Positions 19,907 to 29,053 of a stretch of DNA of 64,000 nucleotides are shown piece by piece. Source of the stretch: Dehalococcoidia bacterium (GTDB taxonomy: Bacteria > Chloroflexota > Dehalococcoidia > UBA2979); assembly GCA_965262725.1 (NCBI GenBank), contig OZ253555.1, positions 160,001-224,000 of the forward strand. Direction: 5' to 3'. The translations under genes and the position numbers were made by a program. The notes under the pieces are model-generated. The model worked only from the letters and a program-made list of their open reading frames with translations. It was not told the origin of the DNA and ran no database searches. Position 1 is the stretch's first letter. Every line of letters begins with the position of its first letter.

Positions 19907-19973
19907 TCTTCTAGCAGGGGGATGAACCAATCGCCAGCTCAGACGCGTCGCTTCTATACTCGCGGAGCATTCC

Positions 19974-20627
19974 GTGGAGGCTCCTCTGGCCGATCGCACG
20001 CCCGGCGGCGGATCCCACACCGGGCTCCCGCTTGATGTCGAGCGCGAGCTGGTCCGGCGCATGCAGGCGCAAGATCCCGACGCCTTCGGCGCGATATACG
20101 AGTCCTACCTCCCGCGCCTCTACCGCTACTGCCTCGTCCGGCTTCGCAACCCGATCGAGGCGGAGGACGCCGCCGAGGACATCTTCGTCCGGGTGCTCTC
20201 CTCTATTGACCGGTTCACCTGGAGACCGATGGGCGCCAGCCGAAGCCCGTTCGCTGCATGGATCTTCCGGATCGCCCATAACCACCTTGTCTCGATCTAC
20301 CGCCGCGCCGCCGTCCGGCCCGGTCTCGATCCGCTCAGCGAGACGATCGCGGATGAGCAGCGGGGCCCCGAGGAGCTCGCCGAGCGGCGCAGCGAGATCG
20401 ATGAGGCCTTTGAGGCCGTCGCCCTCCTGCCTGAGGCGCAGCGGGATGTCGTTCTCCTGCGCTTCGGCTCGGGACTCTCGGTCGCCGAGACGGCGGCAGC
20501 CCTCAACAAGACCCAGGGCAACGTGAAGGTGCTGCAGCACAAAGGGGTCCGCCGCCTGCGGGAGATCCTCGGCGACGAGGGTTGGGTCACGCGGCGCGGC
20601 CGATCGGTGAAGGCGGGACGGGCGTGA
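19974..20627 (+). CDS. ECF RNA polymerase sigma factor (BldN-like)
   Basis: Region 2 ([27 protein letters not shown]) and region 4 ([27 protein letters not shown]). Confidence 0.92.
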   Translation: MEAPLADRTPGGGSHTGLPLDVERELVRRMQAQDPDAFGAIYESYLPRLYRYCLVRLRNPIEAEDAAEDIFVRVLSSIDRFTWRPMGASRSPFAAWIFRIAHNHLVSIYRRAAVRPGLDPLSETIADEQRGPEELAERRSEIDEAFEAVALLPEAQRDVVLLRFGSGLSVAETAAALNKTQGNVKVLQHKGVRRLREILGDEGWVTRRGRSVKAGRA

Positions 20628-21694
20628 ACCTCGACATCGACCCGGAGATGCTCGCCGACGAGGCGAACCTGTTCGAGGCCCTCCTGGAGGGGGGACTCGA
20701 CGTGCCCCGGGGCGCGTCCGGGACCGGGGACCCGGCGGATATCGCCGCCGACGCGCGGTACGCGGCGCGGCTGGTCTCGATGCTCGAGCGCGTGGAGCCA
20801 CGACCGCACTACGCCAGTCGCTCCCACGCGATGCTTCGCTCCCGCTTCTTCGGCTCGCGCCCCCGGCGCGTGCTCGCCTCGCGCTGGGCACGCTCGTGGC
20901 GCCTCTCGCTCAGGTGGGGAGCGGCGCCCGCCGCCGCGGCTGCGGCAGCCGCCGCGGCCGTCGTCGCCGTGGTCGTCTTCTCCGGTGGGTCGGGCGGTCC
21001 GCTGACCGAGGCCGAGCCGGCGGTCGTCCAGCCGGTCCCTGCCCAGCGGGAGGCCGCCCAGCCGGTGGTCGCCCGGCAGGGGCCCGCCGAGTCGGCGGCT
21101 CCCACATCCGCGGAGAGCGCCGCCACTCCGGGGGACGTCGTGCTCTCGGTCGACGAGGAGATCGCACAGCTGACCGCCGCACTGCAGCGGATACAGGAAA
21201 ACTCGCAGAACGTCGACGGCGAGCTGCTCCGGGAGGTGACGGCGCGCACGGCCTCGGTCGCCCAGCGCATCAATCGTGAGCCGGAGACGGTGACGCCGGC
21301 TTCGGTGAAGATCTACAGGGACCAAACCGAGGCTCAGCGCTCCGTTCTCAGCGGAGTCACCGTCTCTCCGGGTGATGAGCGGGCGCTGGCGGCGGCGCAG
21401 AGCGTCGCCGAGGACGGGGTGGTCGTCGCCTCACGCTACCTCAGCGATGAGAGCGACGAGACGCCCGCCGTGACGCCGACGCCGACGCCGACAGCCGAGC
21501 CGACGCCGACAGCCGAGCCGACGCCGACAGCCGAGCCGACGCCGACAGCCGAGCCGACGCCGACAGCCGAGCCGACGCCGACAGCCGAGCCGACGCCGAC
21601 AGCCGAGCCGACACCGACAGCCGAGCCGACGCCGACGCCGACGCCCGAGCCAACGCCGACAGCCGAGCCGACAGCCGAGCCGACTCAGTCCTGA
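20624..21694 (+). CDS. Putative membrane anti-sigma factor with Pro/Thr-rich tail
   Basis: GTGA overlap with the sigma gene; cytoplasmic N-terminus, one TM, helical ectodomain, PTAEPT repeats. Confidence 0.7.
   Translation: MNLDIDPEMLADEANLFEALLEGGLDVPRGASGTGDPADIAADARYAARLVSMLERVEPRPHYASRSHAMLRSRFFGSRPRRVLASRWARSWRLSLRWGAAPAAAAAAAAAAVVAVVVFSGGSGGPLTEAEPAVVQPVPAQREAAQPVVARQGPAESAAPTSAESAATPGDVVLSVDEEIAQLTAALQRIQENSQNVDGELLREVTARTASVAQRINREPETVTPASVKIYRDQTEAQRSVLSGVTVSPGDERALAAAQSVAEDGVVVASRYLSDESDETPAVTPTPTPTAEPTPTAEPTPTAEPTPTAEPTPTAEPTPTAEPTPTAEPTPTAEPTPTPTPEPTPTAEPTAEPTQS
21482..21625 (+). repeat. 18-bp tandem repeat x8 (CCGACGCCGACAGCCGAG) encoding PTPTAE
   Basis: Read directly; eighth unit has one mismatch, degenerate copies follow to about 21684. 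Confidence 0.92.
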
Positions 21695-21737
21695 GGCGCC
21701 GCCCTCCGGGTGGCGTCGGCGACTCCGCGTCGTCCCC

Positions 21738-23429
21738 CTACGGCTCGTCGAAGCGGATCACCAGGCGATCGCCGTCGTTGATCAGCAGCAGCGACTGCAC
21801 GAACGCCGGCGCCCCCGCGATGTAGACATCCCAGCTTCCGACACCGTCGCGCCGGAAGAAGGCGGCCGGCGCGCGGCCCGGCGGCGTCAGCAGGTGCGCG
21901 AAGCGAGCGGGGTGGCCGTCGGGCCCGTGATAGACGAGCTCGGCGAGTCCGGCCCCCGCGGGGACCGCGCCCTCGAGGAAGGCCTCCTCGGCTCCGGCCG
22001 GGCGCAGCAGGCCGAGCCCGGCCAGGGAGCCGAGGCTGAGCAGTCCGGCGCCCGTGGTGCCGTCGAATCCGGGCGTGTCGGCGTCGATGGCGCGGGCACG
22101 CAGCTCGCCGGCGAGCTCGTCGCGCCCGGCCCTCGGGAAGGCCTCCTTCAGCAGGGCGGCCGCCCCGGCCGCGTGGGGCGCCGCCGCGGACGTGCCCCCG
22201 AATCCGCTCGTGATCGCGCTCGAGACTCCCGTGGGGGCGATGAGGTCGGGCTTGGGGCGCCCATCGCTCGTCGGGCCGCGCGAGGAGGATGGGGCCGCGG
22301 CGAACGCGTCCAGGAACGCGGGATCGAGCGCACCCACCGTGATCACGAGCGGATGATCCGCCGGCTCGGAGAGCGACCCGGCCGCGACCGGGATATCGAT
22401 GGTGGAGCCGCGATCCGGCGCGCCGACCACGAGGAGAGAGAGGTGGCGCGGCGTCTCGTCGCTGGCTGTCGTGATGCGCACGCTGTGCGCGCCGCTCTCC
22501 GTGGCCAGCACCTGTAGCACCTCGATGGGGTCGCCGTCGCAGTCCTGCACGCCACGGGCGGCGCGCACGAGCGAGCCGTTGGGCGCGAAGAGCTCGAAGT
22601 CGTAGTCGGAGCAGGCCGCTCCCCATTCATCCTGCCAGCGGAGGGAGACCGTGATCAGGTCGCCCGCCTCGAAGGTGTGCTGCACGCGGCTCACGCCGTC
22701 GGCGAACTCGTGCCGTGAGTCGCCGTTCGCATCGACGAACCGCCCCGACCATTGCTGCTGGGCCCAGTTCCCCGCCGCGACCGTCCACAGCTGCCCGGCG
22801 TCGGTGCCGCGCGTGACGGCGTCGTTGACCGCTCCCGTCCCGTCGCCGGGTCCGCTGTGCACGTACCCGAGCGAGAACGACACGATCGGTACCCCCTCCT
22901 CGACCAGGTAGGCGATCGCCTCCCCGAACTCGTCGAGACTCGAGAAGTTCAGGAGATAGAGCTCCGCGCGCGGCGCGATCGCATGGACCAGCTCGGCGGC
23001 GCGCAGACCGTGATCCGTGCCGCCGGCCAGGCTGCCGTCCGCGCGGAACGAGCGGGCCACGACCGAGGGCGGGAGCGTCTCGCCGAGAGCCGCCTCGTAT
23101 CCGGCGAACCCGGCGTCGAGAACGGCGACGCGCACGCCGTGTCCGCTGAAGCCGGCGCGGTGCCAGCGCTCCGCACCGATGAGGGTCGTGGCTGCCGTGG
23201 GGGCCGCGGCTTCTTCGACGGGGCGTGGGTCGGTGATCTGCCCCAGCAGGAGGGCGATGGGTCCGGTCGCGGCCTGGGCGGGAGCCGCCGGTTGGTTCGG
23301 CTCCGGCGCCTCGGAGCCCCCCTGGGCAAGCAGCGCCACGCCCGCGAGCACGATCGTCAGGGCGGTGCGCCCGAGAACGCCCGCGAGCCAGGCCCCTGGC
23401 GCGTGTGCGCCGAATTCTCGCACCGTCAT
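21738..23429 (-). CDS. Secreted S8 (subtilisin-like) serine peptidase
   Basis: Catalytic Asp (VAVLDAG), His (DHGL), oxyanion AAGN, Ser (GTSAAAP); signal/TM segment near N-terminus. Confidence 0.9.
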   Translation of the reverse strand: MTVREFGAHAPGAWLAGVLGRTALTIVLAGVALLAQGGSEAPEPNQPAAPAQAATGPIALLLGQITDPRPVEEAAAPTAATTLIGAERWHRAGFSGHGVRVAVLDAGFAGYEAALGETLPPSVVARSFRADGSLAGGTDHGLRAAELVHAIAPRAELYLLNFSSLDEFGEAIAYLVEEGVPIVSFSLGYVHSGPGDGTGAVNDAVTRGTDAGQLWTVAAGNWAQQQWSGRFVDANGDSRHEFADGVSRVQHTFEAGDLITVSLRWQDEWGAACSDYDFELFAPNGSLVRAARGVQDCDGDPIEVLQVLATESGAHSVRITTASDETPRHLSLLVVGAPDRGSTIDIPVAAGSLSEPADHPLVITVGALDPAFLDAFAAAPSSSRGPTSDGRPKPDLIAPTGVSSAITSGFGGTSAAAPHAAGAAALLKEAFPRAGRDELAGELRARAIDADTPGFDGTTGAGLLSLGSLAGLGLLRPAGAEEAFLEGAVPAGAGLAELVYHGPDGHPARFAHLLTPPGRAPAAFFRRDGVGSWDVYIAGAPAFVQSLLLINDGDRLVIRFDEP

Positions 23430-23614
23430 CTCCCCGCACCGACCGAGGACGGAGCGCCGATCCGATCCGCCTCGTCGGGACGAGGCTCGCGCTGGAGCGC
23501 CCGCGGTGCGCGATCGCCGCTCGCGCACATCGTATCCGAGGCTCCGCCGCCGGGGGCGCACCCGCGCGTCACGCCGCCTCGCCGTACCATGGGCGGGCAG
23601 GAGGAGGGCGTACC

Positions 23615-23824
23615 GTGGCAGGAAGCGAGGAGCGCGTCGTAGTGGGCCCGGACCCGCGCACGTGCCCCCACGAGACCCTGATGCCTCGCTGGCGAGGGCC
23701 GGAGGTGATGGGCGAGGAGGGCGGCGCGATGGGCTACGTCTGCCATCGCTGTCACTCCGAGTTCTCGCCGGACGCGGCTTGGGCACTGCGCGGCCGCCCG
23801 CCGGGCTCCGGCGAGGGGATGTAG
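23615..23824 (+). CDS. Small putative metal-binding protein (CPH...CxxC)
   Basis: Strong AGGAGG RBS before GTG; 69 aa with TCPHE and CHRCH. Confidence 0.6.
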   Translation: MAGSEERVVVGPDPRTCPHETLMPRWRGPEVMGEEGGAMGYVCHRCHSEFSPDAAWALRGRPPGSGEGM

Positions 23825-23959
23825 CGTCTACCGGCGGCGCCTCGCGCGTTCACCTTGCGCGGGCTCGCCGGGAACGCGCACCATGTGGCGCAACCGATCG
23901 GGGACAAGGCTCCTCCTCCGCCACCGAGGCGGGGAGAGTCGGGGAAGGCGGGATCAGCG

Positions 23960-24277
23960 ATGTTGACTCTCAGTGAGAGCGCCGTGAGCCACCTGGCGGA
24001 GATCGCCGGCGAGCGGATCGGCGAGGGCGACGGCGTGCGCGTCTTTCTCTCGTCGGGCGGCTGCGGCTGCTCCGTGTCGTTCGGCATGGGGATCGACGGG
24101 CAGCGCGACGGTGACACGATCACCGAGTCCGGAGGCCTGCGCTTCCTGATGGACCAGCAGGCCGCGGATGCCTTGGAGGGCGCCTCGATCGATTACGTCG
24201 AGGACGTGATGCAGCAGGGCTTTTCGATCGACGCGCCGAACGCGCCGAGCGGCGGGGGCTGCGCCTGCGGCAGCTAG
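23960..24277 (+). CDS. A-type iron-sulfur cluster carrier (HesB/IscA/ErpA family)
   Basis: GGCGC, GASIDYVE and C-terminal CACGS motifs. Confidence 0.92.
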   Translation: MLTLSESAVSHLAEIAGERIGEGDGVRVFLSSGGCGCSVSFGMGIDGQRDGDTITESGGLRFLMDQQAADALEGASIDYVEDVMQQGFSIDAPNAPSGGGCACGS

Positions 24278-24350
24278 TCTCAACGCACGGATCTCGGTAG
24301 GACGCTCGCTACTCCCGCGCGCCCTCACGACGCGGACGTACACTCCTAGC

Positions 24351-25175
24351 GTGCGTGTCGACGACATTCTCCGGGGGGAGCCCGAGGGGGCCGAGTCGCG
24401 CGAGCCGGCGGCCGCCCTCAGGCTGCTCACGGGCGGCGCCGTCTCCCTCCTCACCTCCCGCTATCGCGGCCGGGTGAACGTGATGCCGGTGGCGTGGCAG
24501 ACGCCACTCTCGTCGGTGCCGCCCCTGGTGGGCGTCGCCATCCACGAGTCGCGCTTCACAATGGAGCTCATCAGCCGGGCCGAGGAGTTCGCGCTCAGCT
24601 TCCCCACGCGCGCGCTGCTCCACCACGTGCAGTACCTCGGCTCGATCTCGGGGGAGCAGGTCGACAAGCTGGAGCTGGCCGGGATAGAGAGCTTCTCGCC
24701 GCGATACGTCACGGCGCCGCTGCTCGAGGGCTGCGCCGCCTGGATCGAATGCGAGGTCGTCCAGGTGCTGCCCGCGGGCGATCACCAACTCGTGCTCGGT
24801 CATCCGCTCGCCGTGCTCGTCGATCCGGTCTCCTTCGATGAACGCTGGCGCCCCGAGGCGCCCGAGGAGCGCCGCCCCCTCCACTACCTCGGTGACGCGC
24901 ACTACGGCGTGCTGGGGCGTCTGCTCGCAGCGCGGGTGCCCGACTCCGGCGCCTCGCTGGATCGCGCGCTCAGGGAGCAGATCGCAGAGGAGCTCGAGCT
25001 CGATCGCGAGGCGCGTGAGCGCCGCGAGGAGGAGCGCGAGCGGCTGCGCGAGGAGGTGGCGGAGGGGAAGGCCATCGACCTCGCCGCCTGGGAGGCGCAG
25101 GAGCTTCCCCCGCTCGATCTCAGTCTCGGCGTCATCGTCGAGGCGCCGCCCGGCGCGGACGGGCCCGACGGCTAG
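24351..25175 (+). CDS. Flavin reductase family protein with acidic coiled-coil extension
   Basis: NVMPVAW..PPLVGVAI, AWIECEV and AGDHQLVLG motifs. Confidence 0.88.
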   Translation: MRVDDILRGEPEGAESREPAAALRLLTGGAVSLLTSRYRGRVNVMPVAWQTPLSSVPPLVGVAIHESRFTMELISRAEEFALSFPTRALLHHVQYLGSISGEQVDKLELAGIESFSPRYVTAPLLEGCAAWIECEVVQVLPAGDHQLVLGHPLAVLVDPVSFDERWRPEAPEERRPLHYLGDAHYGVLGRLLAARVPDSGASLDRALREQIAEELELDREARERREEERERLREEVAEGKAIDLAAWEAQELPPLDLSLGVIVEAPPGADGPDG

Positions 25176-25319
25176 GGACACTCGGTCAAGTCACACGGCT
25201 GACAGTTTCATGTGCTCAGGGGGCTCGTCCGGATGTCGGCCCCGGCCCGCCGCGCCGCCTCGTACCTCATCGACTCCAGGACCTGAGGGCACTGCTCGCG
25301 CCCCTCCCTGGCCGGGCTC

Positions 25320-26402
25320 TCAGTCGCCAGAACGGAGCAGCCGCGCTCCGGCCAGCAGGCTCATCGCCGGGAGGACTCCTGACAGAACCACGATCAGCGC
25401 CCGGCCCGCCGGCCGCTGCCACCACTCGGGGTCGGATCCCGCGGCCGCGGGCCCGCGCGCCGGCGAGCCGGCGGGCTCCGCCGTGGCCTCCGGGGTCGGC
25501 GCCGGCGCGGGCTCGGGGGCCGGTTCCGGCGTCGCCTGCGGGGTCAGTGCCCGTGTCGCCGCCACCGCCTCACCGGGGCCCGCGAATCCCTCGTACACCA
25601 GCGCGGAGAGCTCCCGGATCGTCGAGTAGGCGGCCGGGAAGTCTCCGCCGTGCCGGGTGAGCACCACGACCACGTAGTCGCCGCCCGGCGCCTCGACGAT
25701 CCCCGCGTCGTGCTCCCACTCCACCAGGGAACCTGTCTTGTGCGCGATCGGGACGTCCCCGGGCAGTCCCTGCGGAAGCAGGTGGCGGATCCGCTGTCCA
25801 CGGAGCAGCGAGTACATATCGGTGCTCGCCGCGGCTGAGACGATGTCTCCGGCGTAGAGCCGTTCGAAGAAGCGGGCGATGTCGGTCGGGGTCGTCACGT
25901 AGCGGGGCTCGAGGACGGTGTGCTCCATCCCCAGCCGCCGTGCATGTCCCACCACAGCAGCGTCCGTCAGGCGCTCGTGCAGGGCGACCGCCGTGGGGTT
26001 GTCGGACCACTGAATCATCGCCTGGATGGCGCTCGCCACCGTCACGAACACCGTGTGATCGGGCTCGGTGTGGGGGACGTCGACGTAGTGGCGCGACAGC
26101 AGCTCCAGGACGTGGTCGAGGGCGAGCGAGCCGGAGGACATCTGCTCGTAGGCCTCGGCCATCACGAGCAGCTTGTAGAGCGACGCGCTGCGGAAGGTCG
26201 TCTCGGCATTGACGGTGCAGCGCGCCCCGGTGGCGAGCTCGACGACGACGAGCCCGACCTCGACGCTCGCGGCCTCCGCCCGGCCCTGGATCAGGGCGCA
26301 CTCCTCGTCGAGCCCGGCACGGGCGGCCGGCGCGCCGAGCGATGCGCTCACCAGCAGGGCCGCCATCAGTGCGGCGCCGAGCACGAGCGAGCGAACGGGC
26401 AT
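25320..26402 (-). CDS. Class A beta-lactamase-related serine hydrolase, C-terminally membrane anchored
   Basis: SLYK (SxxK), SDN, HKTG and HDAG motifs; signal peptide; C-terminal TM. Confidence 0.88.
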   Translation of the reverse strand: MPVRSLVLGAALMAALLVSASLGAPAARAGLDEECALIQGRAEAASVEVGLVVVELATGARCTVNAETTFRSASLYKLLVMAEAYEQMSSGSLALDHVLELLSRHYVDVPHTEPDHTVFVTVASAIQAMIQWSDNPTAVALHERLTDAAVVGHARRLGMEHTVLEPRYVTTPTDIARFFERLYAGDIVSAAASTDMYSLLRGQRIRHLLPQGLPGDVPIAHKTGSLVEWEHDAGIVEAPGGDYVVVVLTRHGGDFPAAYSTIRELSALVYEGFAGPGEAVAATRALTPQATPEPAPEPAPAPTPEATAEPAGSPARGPAAAGSDPEWWQRPAGRALIVVLSGVLPAMSLLAGARLLRSGD

Positions 26403-26605
26403 CGGGCGGACGGACACGGGAGCTCCTGCGTGGGTCACCGGTGCCCGCGCGGCTCTGAGGCCGCCGGGCCTGCGGAACGTCGTCATCGCGCGCGCGGTCA
26501 CAGGGGACCGCGCCGGCGCCGGGCACTCTCGCACAAAACCGGGGGGCGGGCCCGCGCCGCGCGGCCGCCGACGCGTCGCCAAGTCTGGAATAAGCCGGCC
26601 GGCGC

Positions 26606-26634
26606 TTGACGCGCGGGAGAGCGGTCAGCATTAT
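26606..26634 (+). promoter_or_regulatory. Sigma70-type promoter upstream of acyl-CoA dehydrogenase
   Basis: TTGACG-N17-CATTAT. Confidence 0.45.
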
Positions 26635-26767
26635 CCCGCGGGGGTCGGCGGTGTCCTCCGTGCCGTGTGGGTGCGGTGTGCGCTGGTGGCGTTGCGGCCA
26701 AAAGCCGGCATAAACACGGGATGACGTACGCCCGGTGATCGGGCGCGACGGCAGCGGGGAGGTGCGC

Positions 26768-27877
26768 GTGGATCTCGGCCTGAGCGAGACGCAGGAGTTG
26801 CTGAAGAACGCGGCACGCGAGTTCCTGGAGAACGAGTGCCCTGAGACCCACGTCCGCGAGATGGAGGAGGACGACAAGGGGTACTCCCCCGAGCTCTGGG
26901 CGAAGATGGCGGAGCAGGGCTGGCAGGGTCTGCTCATCCCGGAGGAGTACGACGGCGCCGGCCTCGACTTCCTCGACCTCGCCGTGCTGCTCGAGGAGTT
27001 CGGGCGGGCGCTCGTGCCGGGGCCCTTCATGTCGACGGTGCTCGGAGGAGCGGTGCCGCTCATGGTCGCCGGCTCCGAGGCGCAGAAGCAGGAGTACCTG
27101 CCTAAGATCGCATCCGGGGAGGCGATCTTCACTCTCGCGCTCACCGAGCCGAGCGCCCGTTTCGACGAGCAGGGGATCGAGACCGAGGCGAGCGTTTCCG
27201 GCAGCGACGTGACGCTCAACGGCACGAAGCTCTTCGTCTCCGACGCGAACGTCGCCGACTACATGGTCGTGGCGGCGAAGTCGTCCCAGGGGACCACGCT
27301 CGCGATCGTCCCGACGAACCAGCCCGGCGTGAAGATCCGGCAGCTGCTCACCATCGCCCGCGACAAGCAGTGCGAGGTGGTGCTGGAGAACGCGACGGGT
27401 GAGCTTCTCGGCGCCGACGGCGCCGGCTGGGGTCTGCTGCAGCCGGTGATCCAGCGGTACACCGTCGCCGAGGCCGCCTACCTGGTCGGCCTCGCGCAGA
27501 TGGACTTCGAGATCTCGGTCGACTATGCAAAGGAGCGAGTGCAGTTCGGCCGGCCGATCGGCTCGTTCCAGGCGATCCAGCACAAGTGCGCGGACATGGT
27601 CACCGATGTCGATGGGTCGCGCTTCATCATGTACAAGGCCGCCTGGTCCGTGAACACGGATCAGGACGATAGCCAGATGGCGGTGAACATGGCGAAGGCG
27701 TGGACCTCGGATGCGACGCGGCGCGTGGTGGCACACGGCCAGCAGATTCATGGCGGCATCGGGTTCACGAAGGACTACAAGATCCAGCTCTACTACCGTC
27801 GCCAGAAGCGGGCCGAGCTCGCCTTCGGCGACACCGAGCACCACCGGGAGCTGGTCGCACAGCAGCTCGGCATCTAG
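26768..27877 (+). CDS. Acyl-CoA dehydrogenase (FadE27/28-like subunit)
   Basis: ALTEP, NGTKLFV, RVQFGRPIGSFQAIQH and HGGIGFT motifs. Confidence 0.93.
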   Translation: MDLGLSETQELLKNAAREFLENECPETHVREMEEDDKGYSPELWAKMAEQGWQGLLIPEEYDGAGLDFLDLAVLLEEFGRALVPGPFMSTVLGGAVPLMVAGSEAQKQEYLPKIASGEAIFTLALTEPSARFDEQGIETEASVSGSDVTLNGTKLFVSDANVADYMVVAAKSSQGTTLAIVPTNQPGVKIRQLLTIARDKQCEVVLENATGELLGADGAGWGLLQPVIQRYTVAEAAYLVGLAQMDFEISVDYAKERVQFGRPIGSFQAIQHKCADMVTDVDGSRFIMYKAAWSVNTDQDDSQMAVNMAKAWTSDATRRVVAHGQQIHGGIGFTKDYKIQLYYRRQKRAELAFGDTEHHRELVAQQLGI

Positions 27878-29050
27878 TGTCCTGATTCGTAATAGCGACA
27901 GATAACGGGTATGGTGGCACAGCGGGGTTTTGCCCCATGGGGCAGACTCTGGAGTGTCATGAGCACCCGAATCGGACGGCCGACGGTCGCGATCGTCCTG
28001 AGCGACGAGGAGCGTGAGACGCTGGAGCGGTGGGCGCGCCGGCCGACATCGGCCCAGGCGCTGGCGCTGCGCTGTCGCATCGTCCTGGCAGCGGCCGAGG
28101 GGACATCGAATAAAGCGATCGCCGCGGCGCTCGATTGCCATCCGGTCACCGTCGGCAAGTGGCGCCGGCGCTTTGCGCAGGGGCGGCTCGATGGGCTACA
28201 GGATGAGCCGCGCCCCGGGGCGCCGCGCACGATCGCCGATGCACAGGTGGAAGCGGTGATCGTCACGACGCTGGAGGAGCAGCCTCCCAACGCGACGCAC
28301 TGGTCGACCCGATCGATGGCAGCCGCGGTCGGGATGTCGCAGTCGGCGATCTTCAGGATCTGGCGCGCCTTCGGCCTGAAGCCGCACCTCGTGGAGAGCT
28401 TCAAGCTGTCGCCCGACCCGCAGTTCATCGACAAGGTGCGCGACGTGGCCGGGCTCTATCTCAACCCGCCCGACGCGGCGGTTGTGCTGTGCGTGGACGA
28501 GAAGACCCAGATCCAGGCACTCGACCGCACCGCGCCGACGGTGCCGATGATGCCCGGCGTCCCCGCCCGCCAGACGCACGACTACATCCGTCACGGCACG
28601 ACGAACCTCTACGCGGCGCTCGATGTCGCCTCGGGATGCGTGATCACGGAGATGACCCCCCGGCACCGGGCTCGGGAGTTCCAGCAGTTCCTCGCCCTCA
28701 TCGACCAAAGCGTTCCCCATGAGCTGGCGGTGCATGTCGTGCTCGACAACGTCTCCACGCACCGCACGCCCGCCATCCAGCGCTGGCTCCAGCGCCATCC
28801 CCGCTTCACCTTCCATTTCACGCCGACCTACAGCTCCTGGATGAACCTCGTGGAGCGCTGGTTTGCAGAGCTCACCAGCAAGTGGCTCCGGCGCGGCACG
28901 CACCATAGCGTCCCTGATCTGATCCGCTCAGTGGAGATGTGGGTCGCCAGCTGGAACGAGAATCCGAGGCCCTTCATCTGGCACAAGTCCGCGGACCAGA
29001 TCCTTGACAACCTCGCCGGATATCTAGAGCGCATCCCTGAATCGGGACAC
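27877..29050 (+). mobile_element. IS630-family insertion sequence
   Basis: Terminal inverted repeats GTGTCCTGATTC / GAATCGGGACAC flanked by TA within CTAG. Confidence 0.9.
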
Positions 29051-29053
29051 TAG
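27959..29053 (+). CDS. IS630-family transposase
   Basis: HTH N-terminus; DDE motifs CVDEKTQIQAL, VLDNVSTH and WMNLVERWF. Confidence 0.95.
   Translation: MSTRIGRPTVAIVLSDEERETLERWARRPTSAQALALRCRIVLAAAEGTSNKAIAAALDCHPVTVGKWRRRFAQGRLDGLQDEPRPGAPRTIADAQVEAVIVTTLEEQPPNATHWSTRSMAAAVGMSQSAIFRIWRAFGLKPHLVESFKLSPDPQFIDKVRDVAGLYLNPPDAAVVLCVDEKTQIQALDRTAPTVPMMPGVPARQTHDYIRHGTTNLYAALDVASGCVITEMTPRHRAREFQQFLALIDQSVPHELAVHVVLDNVSTHRTPAIQRWLQRHPRFTFHFTPTYSSWMNLVERWFAELTSKWLRRGTHHSVPDLIRSVEMWVASWNENPRPFIWHKSADQILDNLAGYLERIPESGH

Noticed and set aside
21482-21625. Tandem repeats as a possible CRISPR array
   Set aside because: No spacers, unit is a multiple of 3 inside a CDS, and no cas genes
25172-25190. 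CTAGGGACAC resembling the IS630 end
   Set aside because: Arrangement relative to CTAG does not match the inverted repeat, and no partner end was found
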